From Acidimicrobiales bacterium (GTDB lineage: Bacteria; Actinomycetota; Actinomycetes; Mycobacteriales; QHCE01): a stretch of 64,000 nt of DNA. A model generated the notes under the pieces. It did no database searches. It saw only the letters and a list, made by a program, of their open reading frames with translations, and was not told where the DNA came from. The stretch spans positions 5,225 through 69,224 of the forward strand of contig QHCE01000009.1 in NCBI GenBank assembly GCA_003243955.1, given 5' to 3'. Positions 21,401-29,903 of the stretch are shown piece after piece; position 1 is the first letter of the stretch, and each line of letters starts with the position of its first letter. The translations under genes were made by a program, and so were the position numbers.

Positions 21401-23394
21401 TCATTGAAACCGTCAACCTCACAAACATCACGCCAACACGCTACAAATGCGTTCTCCATAGCTCGACGCACCTGAGGTGGGAGCTGAATTTCATCGACGT
21501 GCACATCGCTCGGCAACAACAAACCAAAATCATAGATCCACAACGGTGCGCCATCGTTGGAATTCACCCGGTAGGGCCGCTCATCGATCACCGTGACACC
21601 CAAAGACTGCAGCACCGGTAGCACCGCGGATAGCGACATGGGCTCTCCGCGGCGATACACCACGAATCGCAGCGTTTCCGCCCCCCCGGCAGCCTCCGGC
21701 CGACTGATCTGGCTCGAGCTAGACCGCTCAATATGCACAGCGATTTGATCGTCTTCTTCTAGCGTCTCCAGTCGAGCCACATCAGATACCGCCATCTGCG
21801 CACTGCGCTCAGATGTGTAACCATCGCCGAATGCCGCTTCGTAGCGTTCCTGTAGATGCCTCGCCTGGCGACCGCCGAACTCAGTGGTCAACGCGGCGCT
21901 AAATTCCTCTTCCCATAGCCTGGTGATGTCTGACAGCTGCGCCTGCAAAGCAGGGGTGTCGATCTCTCCAACTGGTGACGCGGGATCGGTGCGAACCACA
22001 AATCGGACCCGCGCAAGCTGCCCCTCGCTGACCCGCGCCGAGTAGTCGACACCCACGCCATTGAGCGCTTTTGTCAGAAGCTCTTGCATACGCAGCCGAG
22101 TACGGGTTGTGTAGCGGTCGCGCGGTAGATACACCGAACAAGAAATGAAACGGCCGTAGGCATCCTTACGAATAAACAACCGAAGTTCGCGCCGGCCAGT
22201 AAGCCGCAGCACGGTAAGCACCGTCTGCCGTAGCTCGTCGGTACTCATTTGAAACAGCTCGTCGCGTGGATATGCCTCTAGTATCTGTAGCAGTTCCTTG
22301 CCGGAGTGACTGCGTAAGCTTAGGCCAGCGCTGGCGATAACCTCCTCGACTTTCCGAGAAATCACTGGGAGCCGTCGCACACTCTCGGAGTAGGCAGCGG
22401 CCGAAAATAGGCCAAGAAATCGTCGCTCACCCACCACCGCACCAGTGGTATCGAACGTTTTGATGCTGATGTAATCCATGTAGGAAGGGCGATGCACAGT
22501 CGCACGAGCGTTGGCTTTCGTGATGATCAGCAGCCGGTGCTCCATCAGCTGTCGATACACTTGCGGCGACAATTCCGACAAGTTCCGTACCGTGGAGTTG
22601 TCACTGCGCAGAATGCCCAGGCCAGTACCCGGGATCGCGTGCAGATAGCTGCCCGTCTCCGCGTATTCGATGCTGTACTCCCGATAGCCCAAAAACGTAA
22701 AATGCCCCTCGGCGAGCCACTGCAGCAACGCTCGGGCGTCGAACACGTCCTTGCTGGGCACCGGAAGATCGGCTTGCATCAGCTCGTCTGCCAGGGACAG
22801 CGCGATAGTGCGCATCTTGGGCCAGTCTTCGACGGCTTCGGCCACATCGGTAAGCACTCGACGAAGGTTTTCTTGTAGCTCGCTGATTGCTGCGGGGTCA
22901 GTTTGGTGGTCGATTTCCACGTGCATCCACGACTCCACCAGCTGGTCGGAACTGGCGTCATCAAGTTCAACGTCGTCGTGCACAGCAGTGAGTACGCCAA
23001 GTGCGTCGCGAGCAACCACGATCTGGGGGTGGATGAACAACCTAACCCCCGCGCCCATGTGGACTAGCTCGGAGCTCACCGAATCCACTAGGAATGGCAT
23101 GTCATCGCAGACGATCTCTATCGCGCTACGCGTGACAGCGTCATCGTCATGATTGTGCGAGGCTGTGCTCGGAACGTCGGCAAGCACGCGCAGTAGCAGT
23201 TGTCCTGGCATGCGACGCGCCGCAAACTCGGCATGAGACCGCACCGCTGCCGAGAGTTCTCCTCCGCTGCGCCCGGAGAGCTCCCAGTCAGGCACTAGGC
23301 GCCAGTACACGCTGTCTACCGCGCGGAGGAGTTCCTCAGACAGCTGTTGCACGTCAGGCATATCCACCGTAGAAGACGACGTATTCATCAGCAA
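18481..23394 (-). CDS. gdh: Large NAD-specific glutamate dehydrogenase (about 180 kDa class)
   Basis: A single 1637-aa ORF. The length and sequence character match the Bac_GDH family (Rv2476c type), including the catalytic-domain-like region ...[39 protein letters not shown]. Confidence 0.9.
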   Translation of the reverse strand: [1637 protein letters not shown]

Positions 23395-23438
23395 GAAGTC
23401 TCTCTTCCTAAAGGTGCCCCAACCGAGTAGTTCAGCAC

Positions 23439-24407
23439 TTAGAACAACGCGTTGGACAGATTGCGGCGAGCTACGCGCACCGCCGGATCATCGGCTGGCA
23501 CAATGGATAGCAGCTCCAGCAGCCGGTTGCGGGCAAAATGACGTAGATCGTCACTCGTGTGCCGAACTACGGTGACCAGCCGCGCGAACGCCACGTCGAT
23601 CTGATTTCGTGCGAACTCTACGTCCGCGGCCTGACACTGCTGCTGCACCACGTCAGCACTGATAGCGGCGGAGGTAAGCGCCTCAGGCGCCCCTGCCGCG
23701 GCCAGCGCCTTTTCGGCATCTACTCCTTGCAGTCGGCGCAGCAGTTTTACCTGCACCAACCCGGCCAATGCGGCCTCGTCGGCAGGTGATGACGCCAAGA
23801 TCTGGTGAAACAACTCCTCAGCACCAGCTAGGTCTCCGGATTGGGCGCGTTCGGTAGCCGTGCTAAACCGTTCGTCTCCGGACGGTCCCGCTGCGGACTC
23901 AGCGAGTTGACTGCCTGCACCCCGAACTCCTAACTGGGCCGCTGCTTCCAGCACAGCAGTAAGCCAGCTACGCAGCTGGGGCTCGTCCAGAACGCCAGAG
24001 AAGCCGTCTATTGGCTGCGCCCCAGCAATCGCCATCACCATGGGCACGCTGGAAATTCTAAATGCACGCGCCAGTCCCGGACTAGCTTCGATGTCGATTT
24101 TTGCCAGTAACCACGCTCCTTGTGCAAGCACCGCTTGCCGCTCCAACACTGGGCTGAGCCGCTTGCAAGGCTCACACCACTGCGCCCAAAAATCCAGCAC
24201 TACTGGAACTCGTTGTGAGGCTTCTACGACATCAGTCTGAAATGACTGCTCAGTGACGGTGAGTACAAACTCCGACTGCGCACCTGTGGCCGGCTGTGGA
24301 GTGGGCTTGGCTAACGATGACAGGTCAAGCGCACGCGCCCACGACGATGGTGTGGCACGAAGGCCGGCATCGGGATAAGTCTGTGGTGAATTTTTGGAGT
24401 ACTGCAT
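23439..24407 (-). CDS. Thioredoxin-domain / TPR-like co-chaperone (YbbN/CnoX-like)
   Basis: A thioredoxin fold with the CxxC motif WAQWCEPCK is followed by a helical TPR-like C-terminal half. Confidence 0.7.
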   Translation of the reverse strand: MQYSKNSPQTYPDAGLRATPSSWARALDLSSLAKPTPQPATGAQSEFVLTVTEQSFQTDVVEASQRVPVVLDFWAQWCEPCKRLSPVLERQAVLAQGAWLLAKIDIEASPGLARAFRISSVPMVMAIAGAQPIDGFSGVLDEPQLRSWLTAVLEAAAQLGVRGAGSQLAESAAGPSGDERFSTATERAQSGDLAGAEELFHQILASSPADEAALAGLVQVKLLRRLQGVDAEKALAAAGAPEALTSAAISADVVQQQCQAADVEFARNQIDVAFARLVTVVRHTSDDLRHFARNRLLELLSIVPADDPAVRVARRNLSNALF

Positions 24408-24562
24408 ACGCCTAGTCTGTCACTTCACGCACCAGATCCCGCCAAGCCCTCTAGGGTAAGGAAAAGCGGAATTGAGCACAGCAGCACTGAATCGTGACCA
24501 CCTGTACGAGTTTGAACGATATACCGCGATTTGAGATACCAGAGGCAGACGGAGCGCCATTA

Positions 24563-24723
24563 AGAGGTCGCGCGGGTTGGTCGTTCGTTGCGAGGTGGTG
24601 CCTGGTCGAGGATGGCAAGGCGGAGGAGGAGTTCATGCTGGATGCATGGGCGACGACGACAACACAGCCAGGCGAAGTGCCAGGGGACACCGCAGTAGAA
24701 CAGCACCAATCCGCGCGACCTCT
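24563..24723 (+). repeat. Family-1 structured repeat, copy 1
   Basis: The closing helix AGAGGTCGCGCGGGTTGGT / ACCAATCCGCGCGACCTCT is 19 bp with one G.U. The core is GGCAAGGCGGAGGAGGAG, hairpin CATGC-tggat-GCATG, GGCGACGACGAC, ...GTGCCAGGGGACACCGCAGTAGAACAGC. It is near-identical to 41057-41232. Confidence 0.78.
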
Positions 24724-24745
24724 CAGCAAGAAAGGCGGCTTGCGC

Positions 24746-26374
24746 ATGGCCGTCAAAAAACTGAAGGCCGCCAGGGCCACAGTCTGCGGCAATAGTCATG
24801 GGCTCGTAGGCGCCGCAGTCGTGCTAAGCCTACTGGCCGTACTGTCCATGCTCACCGGTTGCGGTGCTGCTCATCGCGCATCTGCGACCAAAGATTTCGC
24901 CGCGATTACTGTTCCCACCGGAATCCCGACACCGGCGCAAGCAACGCTGCGCCATGGCAGCTATACCCAAACCCGGAGTGGACTGCACATACGCGTAGAA
25001 CTACTACATCGCATCGCCTTAGGTGACATCAGCGGCGCTGCCGCGCCAGACACGGCAGCGCTTGTGCAGACCAGCCTGAACTTGGATTCAGCCAGTGCAG
25101 CACTGCGTTTCCTCAGCGTCATTGTGCTGCGCAGCGCACCCCACAATCGGCCTCGCCAGTGGCAGAGTGCCCCTATCGTCAGTAACGCCCTCCCGCTCGG
25201 CGCGGGTGCGCGGTTAAAATCCATCGCGGTCAAACCGGCTGAGCTCCTGCACGGGCCTACACTGCGGGTGAGCTCAACCCAAATCATCGTTGGCTACGAG
25301 CTACCTGACAGCGAACACGTCGAGCAGATGCAACCCCGGCGGCTCACCGCAACACTGGTCGGAAACACGCTCGTTCCGCTAGAGGACGTGTCGACACACG
25401 AGCATTCCATGTATCGGGTAGCAGCACCTACCGTGCTGGCACTTAGCGCTTTAGGTGGAAAAGATCATCAACCCGATGGTGCCGGAGAAACACACGTGCA
25501 CGGTTTCGTGGCATACGGCGGAAACCAGCGCTACGCCATCTCGGTGCAGAAGGGATATCAGCTGCGGATCGACACCGCGGCGAGTTCGCCATCAAGCTCA
25601 CAGCAGCTACGGCTGAGTGTGAGTGGAGACGACGGCACTGTGCTGCAGAATGCTGGTAGAAGCGCATCGAACTACAGCAGCCCGGTGCCCAGCACCCAGA
25701 ACTATCAGCTCGAAGTCTTCAGCGCCACCGCCGATCCGGCCAGCTACATTCTCACCGTGAACGTGACCGCACCTTCCCCATCACCCTCGAGCGGGAAAAT
25801 TCTGCCCGAGCGTGCCACGAGCGGCAAAATACTACATCTGACATTTGACGACGGGCCTAATCCGCGTTTCACCGGTCAAATCCTCGACGTGCTCGCGAAG
25901 TACGGCGCAAAAGCAACGTTCTTCGTAGTGGGAAAGAACGTCGTAGAGCACCCGGAATGGATTGAGCGAGAGCTCCAATCCGGACATACCGTCGCCAACC
26001 ACAGTTATAGCCACCCTCGGTTGACGAATATCAGCCAACAGGCCTTCGATGCCGAAATTGACCAGACAGCGCAAGCCATCGGTCCGCATGGGGCCAAGTG
26101 TTTAAGGCCGCCCTATGGAGCCGTGGATGCACAAGTGCGGACCCGAGCTGCCGACAAGGGCTTAGCCGTGGTGCTCTGGGACGTAGACACCCAAGATTGG
26201 CGGCGGGGACCACCCGAGCAGATCGCGCAATCGGTGATCGACGGAGCCGAGACCGGCAACATCATTTTGATGCACGACGGCGGTGGTAACCGCGACAACA
26301 CCGTAAAAGCGCTCGACATAGCGCTAGCGAAGTTGTCCGCGCAAGGCTGGAGTTTCCAACCGATCTGTACATGA
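24746..26374 (+). CDS. Lipoprotein with C-terminal NodB-type polysaccharide deacetylase domain
   Basis: It has a signal peptide with lipobox (LSMLTGC) and NodB motifs LTFDDGP, HSYSHP and LMHDGG. The track ORF starts at 24494 only because the upstream repeat is open in frame. Confidence 0.8.
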   Translation: MAVKKLKAARATVCGNSHGLVGAAVVLSLLAVLSMLTGCGAAHRASATKDFAAITVPTGIPTPAQATLRHGSYTQTRSGLHIRVELLHRIALGDISGAAAPDTAALVQTSLNLDSASAALRFLSVIVLRSAPHNRPRQWQSAPIVSNALPLGAGARLKSIAVKPAELLHGPTLRVSSTQIIVGYELPDSEHVEQMQPRRLTATLVGNTLVPLEDVSTHEHSMYRVAAPTVLALSALGGKDHQPDGAGETHVHGFVAYGGNQRYAISVQKGYQLRIDTAASSPSSSQQLRLSVSGDDGTVLQNAGRSASNYSSPVPSTQNYQLEVFSATADPASYILTVNVTAPSPSPSSGKILPERATSGKILHLTFDDGPNPRFTGQILDVLAKYGAKATFFVVGKNVVEHPEWIERELQSGHTVANHSYSHPRLTNISQQAFDAEIDQTAQAIGPHGAKCLRPPYGAVDAQVRTRAADKGLAVVLWDVDTQDWRRGPPEQIAQSVIDGAETGNIILMHDGGGNRDNTVKALDIALAKLSAQGWSFQPICT

Positions 26375-26437
26375 CGGAGCCGTCTTCACGATATTCTAGA
26401 TCTTGATCGTAAGTTTCTTCCCATGCCACGCCAATGT

Positions 26438-26498
26438 GGGATTTGGATAGACAACTCTGCGGGATTTGGATAGACAACTCTGCGGGATTTGGATAGGC
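26438..26498 (+). repeat. 23-bp direct tandem repeat, 2.6 copies
   Basis: GGGATTTGGATAGACAACTCTGC occurs twice, followed by the partial copy GGGATTTGGATAGGC. It ends 9 nt before ATG 26508 of the ATPase gene. Confidence 0.85.
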
Positions 26499-26507
26499 TT
26501 GCTCTTT

Positions 26508-27749
26508 ATGGAGCAATATGTGCCTAGATTAGTGGATAAACTACTAGCGCGTCGCATACAGCACCACCCTGCGCTTTTAATTACAGGACCCCGAGCAAGC
26601 GGAAAGACAACTACGGCAGCTCGGTTTGCTCATAGCGTGATTTCTCTGGATCAGCCTGCTTTAGCCAGCGCGGTACGGGGGGACGCGGATGCCGCTATTC
26701 GCGGACTTGAAGAACCCATTCTCATCGACGAATGGCACATCGTTCCGGAAATCCTTGGCGCAGTAAAGCGTAGTGTCGATAAAGACCCTCATCCTGGACG
26801 TTTCATCGTCACAGGATCGGTACGAGGAGACATAGACTCGGTTACCTGGCCCGGCACGGGCCGACTTCTGCGAGTGAACATGTTCGGTCTCACCATGGGC
26901 GAGATTGGCAGACACATATCACCAGTTCCGCTGTTGGACCGTCTTGCCACAGGGGAACTTGAATCCTTGCTTACCTCACCCCGACAAGTGCTCGACCTAC
27001 GTGACTATGCCGAAATCTGCCTGCGCAGCGGGTTTCCTGATCCTGCCCTGCGTCTCCCATCCGAAGAACGTGGCCCATGGCTGGAAAGCTACATCGACCA
27101 CTTGTTCACTCGCGATCTCGAAGAGCTTGCCCGGCGGCGCAATCCGGAGCTTGCGCAAAGGTTCTTCGAGGCTTACGCACTCAATACCGCTGGCGTAGTG
27201 GATCAACGGACGTTGCACGCCAGCGCTGGAGTCGCCAAAGCTACTGGCGAAGCATACGAAAAGCTACTTCGGAACCTCCTGGTCGTGGATGCAATACCCG
27301 CGTGGTGGAGCAACAGACTGAAGCGGCTCATCCGCTCACCGAAACGTTACGTCGTAGACTCAGCACTCGCGCTCGTCGCGCTCCGTATGGATATCCGCGG
27401 GCTGATGAGTGACGGCAACATGCTAGGTCGCATCCTCGACACTCTGGTTATGGCGCAGCTTCGCTCAACGATTTCATGTTGTACATCTGCACCGCGACTG
27501 TTTCATCTTCGACAAGAAGACGGCCGGCATGAGATAGATATTGTGGTGGAATACGGTGGTGGCCGAATCTTCGGTATTGAGATTAAGGCCACGAGCGCCC
27601 CCAAACAGGAAGATGGCCGCCACTTGGTATGGCTCCGCGAAGAATTCGGTGATCGTTTTCTCGGTGGGGCGGTGCTACACACCGGCCCACGGGCTTTTCT
27701 CCTCGAGGAGAAAATCGTGGCTGCCCCTATCTCCAGCATCTGGAGTTAG
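26508..27749 (+). CDS. AAA ATPase with DUF4143 C-terminal domain
   Basis: It has Walker A ITGPRASGKTTTA and Walker B-like ILIDEW. The C-terminal HEIDIVVEYGGGRIFGIEIKATS resembles a D...ExK nuclease-fold motif. The flanks are AT-richer than the surroundings. Confidence 0.8.
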   Translation: MEQYVPRLVDKLLARRIQHHPALLITGPRASGKTTTAARFAHSVISLDQPALASAVRGDADAAIRGLEEPILIDEWHIVPEILGAVKRSVDKDPHPGRFIVTGSVRGDIDSVTWPGTGRLLRVNMFGLTMGEIGRHISPVPLLDRLATGELESLLTSPRQVLDLRDYAEICLRSGFPDPALRLPSEERGPWLESYIDHLFTRDLEELARRRNPELAQRFFEAYALNTAGVVDQRTLHASAGVAKATGEAYEKLLRNLLVVDAIPAWWSNRLKRLIRSPKRYVVDSALALVALRMDIRGLMSDGNMLGRILDTLVMAQLRSTISCCTSAPRLFHLRQEDGRHEIDIVVEYGGGRIFGIEIKATSAPKQEDGRHLVWLREEFGDRFLGGAVLHTGPRAFLLEEKIVAAPISSIWS

Positions 27750-27842
27750 TACTGGCTATTGATGAGATTCCACAGCCGTAGTGGCAGGGCCGTAACTCGT
27801 CACATCTACGTGAGTGGGTGTTTCAACCACGGCAAGCAGCTG

Positions 27843-29246
27843 TTAGCAATTCACGCTCAACTGGCTAGCCGCGGCGCGACGACCAGAATACCGCAGCAGT
27901 AACCAGCCCACCGCAACGAAAACCAGACCTGACGCCGCACTTACCGGCACCAAAATGCGGAGCTCAGCTTCTGCATTCAGCACGTTGTTCAAACCGTTGA
28001 AGGCAACCCCAAGCACCCCGATAGCGGCCACCGTTATGCCGATCGCCGGCAGAAGCGCTCCCCCGCCATGCGCCGCGCCTGGACTCGGCCGCTCGGCCGC
28101 CCGAAAAACCCCAACCAATGCCACGCATAGCGCCGCCAGCAGCATCAACCATGGCAGCCGTGATGCCCACCATATGGCGCTACCCACAGCCGGAAGTGAG
28201 ATATTGAAACCAATAAGCACAAGGTAGGCAATGAACAGTGCCGACAGGTGCCACAGGAATGTCGTCATCACCACAGCGTTGGCGCCGACCACATACCGCC
28301 ACACCTTTGGTCGACTCAACCATCGTGAAACCGGAGCTTTTACCAACAGTGCCAGACCAATAAGCCAGAGCGCCTGCACCAGGATTGCTAATGTTGGTGG
28401 GTTCATGTTGGAAAATCGATCCCCTGGCAGCCCCACCATGGAGATGGGATACCAGCCGCTCACCACAGTAAGTACGGTGAGCGCGGCGAGACCGCCTACC
28501 GCGAAGATTGCGCCGACGCGGCGCCCCAGCGCGCCATCGGCGTAGCTAAAGCCTAATTGATGCACCGCAAGCCAGATAAAAATCACGTTCAGCGGAGCCA
28601 GGGCCGCAAGGTCAAACTGGAAGCGGGATACATCTACCACCACAGCCGCTATTATCAACGCCAGGCTCACAGCCGAGCCCCAATGCTCATGCAGGACGAA
28701 CATTGGGGGCGCGAGTGCGATCAACGCCAAGTACACGCCAATGAACCACAGCGGCTGCACGGCGGTATCGGTGACCAGAGCTTCCAGCTGACCTTGGCGG
28801 CCAGACAGTTGGAACACCACCGCAATAGCTAGCCAGATCAGCAGAAAAAGCAGCGTAGGGCGAAGTAGACGGTTAGCGCGCGCACGCACGAAGTCGCCGT
28901 AACCGCCACCGCGAATCCGGAGCGACCGCACCCCGGTAGCGTGCACAAACCCACCGACGAAGAAAAACAACGGCATCACCTGCAGTAGCCACGTGAGCAC
29001 CTGGGCACCTTTGAGTTGCTCGAGCGCGTTCGTCGTAGTCGCGCCGCCATCGTCGGTAGGCTGCACGACCGCCATCAGCCAATGCCCTGCCACTACCGAG
29101 CCAATAGCCACCACGCGCAGCAGATCAATGTAGCGATCCCGTCCGGGTGGCGTGGCGTCGGAGATTTCTTGCAGGCTTGCAGCTTTCACCGTCGGGTCTC
29201 CCAGGTTGAGTTGCATATTATGGTCTGATGACACCCATGGCCTCAC
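27843..29246 (-). CDS. Acyltransferase family 3 integral membrane protein
   Basis: It is a protein of about 10 TM segments with the N-terminal motif DRYIDLLRVVAIGSVVAGHW typical of acyltransferase_3. An alternative start is ATG 29216. Confidence 0.72.
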   Translation of the reverse strand: MRPWVSSDHNMQLNLGDPTVKAASLQEISDATPPGRDRYIDLLRVVAIGSVVAGHWLMAVVQPTDDGGATTTNALEQLKGAQVLTWLLQVMPLFFFVGGFVHATGVRSLRIRGGGYGDFVRARANRLLRPTLLFLLIWLAIAVVFQLSGRQGQLEALVTDTAVQPLWFIGVYLALIALAPPMFVLHEHWGSAVSLALIIAAVVVDVSRFQFDLAALAPLNVIFIWLAVHQLGFSYADGALGRRVGAIFAVGGLAALTVLTVVSGWYPISMVGLPGDRFSNMNPPTLAILVQALWLIGLALLVKAPVSRWLSRPKVWRYVVGANAVVMTTFLWHLSALFIAYLVLIGFNISLPAVGSAIWWASRLPWLMLLAALCVALVGVFRAAERPSPGAAHGGGALLPAIGITVAAIGVLGVAFNGLNNVLNAEAELRILVPVSAASGLVFVAVGWLLLRYSGRRAAASQLSVNC

Positions 29247-29797
29247 CTCGCAGCCTGAGTCTCGTCAGCTGGACCGCAGACGACCTGCAGCAGCGCATGG
29301 ATGAACTGCTCGACGTGTACGCGAGCGCGATGGGCTATCACCGCACCATTATGGAGTGGCGGCGAGGTTTCATCGCGTCCCACACCCAGCGCGTCGGCTT
29401 TCGCGCCGTCGCCACGCTCAGCAACAACCGGCTAGTCGGCTTCAGCTACGGCTATCTGGGACGCCCCGGCCAGTGGTGGCACGACCAAGTCCGGGCGGCT
29501 CTGAGCGTGGCGGCGTATGCGCAATGGTTAAGCGATTGCTTCGAGATCGTCGAGCTACACGTTCACCCAGAGGTTCAAGGCGCGGGAGTTGGCCAGCGCC
29601 AGCTCGCAGCGATACTACGCGGAGTACAGGCCCACACTGTGGTGCTTTCCACCCCTGAACAGCCAGCCGCTGCTCCGCTTTCACCAGCGTGGCGACTCTA
29701 TCGGCGGTGTGGTTTCGTGGATGTGATCCGCAGACTGCGCTTTCCTGGAGACGAACGTCCTTTTGCGGTGCTGGGTAGGACGCTTCCACCAACCTGA
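29228..29797 (+). CDS. GNAT family N-acetyltransferase
   Basis: It has the acetyl-CoA-binding-type motif LHVHPEVQGAGVGQRQL and a C-terminal YRRCGF. Confidence 0.72.
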   Translation: MTPMASPRSLSLVSWTADDLQQRMDELLDVYASAMGYHRTIMEWRRGFIASHTQRVGFRAVATLSNNRLVGFSYGYLGRPGQWWHDQVRAALSVAAYAQWLSDCFEIVELHVHPEVQGAGVGQRQLAAILRGVQAHTVVLSTPEQPAAAPLSPAWRLYRRCGFVDVIRRLRFPGDERPFAVLGRTLPPT

Positions 29798-29872
29798 CGA
29801 GGTGGCCTGACTTTCAACAACCCTGTCGTCGACAACTTCACACAGACCATGCAATCAATTACGTGACGCTAG

Positions 29873-29903
29873 TAGTAAAAATTCATCCGCTTTAGCTCGG
29901 ATG
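29873..29903 (-). terminator. Putative intrinsic terminator of metF
   Basis: The minus-strand RNA CAUCCG-agcuaaag-CGGAUG is followed by AAUUUUUAC. The hairpin spans the stop codon. Confidence 0.45.

Noticed and set aside
24646-24726. Conserved tiny peptide M-(G/R)-D-D-D... encoded by family-1 repeats as a real gene
   Set aside because: Only the first five codons are shared among copies. Downstream sequence and length differ (27 aa to more than 70 aa), and the SD is 17 nt from this ATG. Nucleotide or structure conservation explains it better, so I left it as an open question rather than annotating a CDS.
26438-26498. Possible CRISPR array
   Set aside because: The 23-bp units are directly adjacent with no spacers, there are only 2.6 copies, and no cas genes are present. 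It is a simple tandem repeat.
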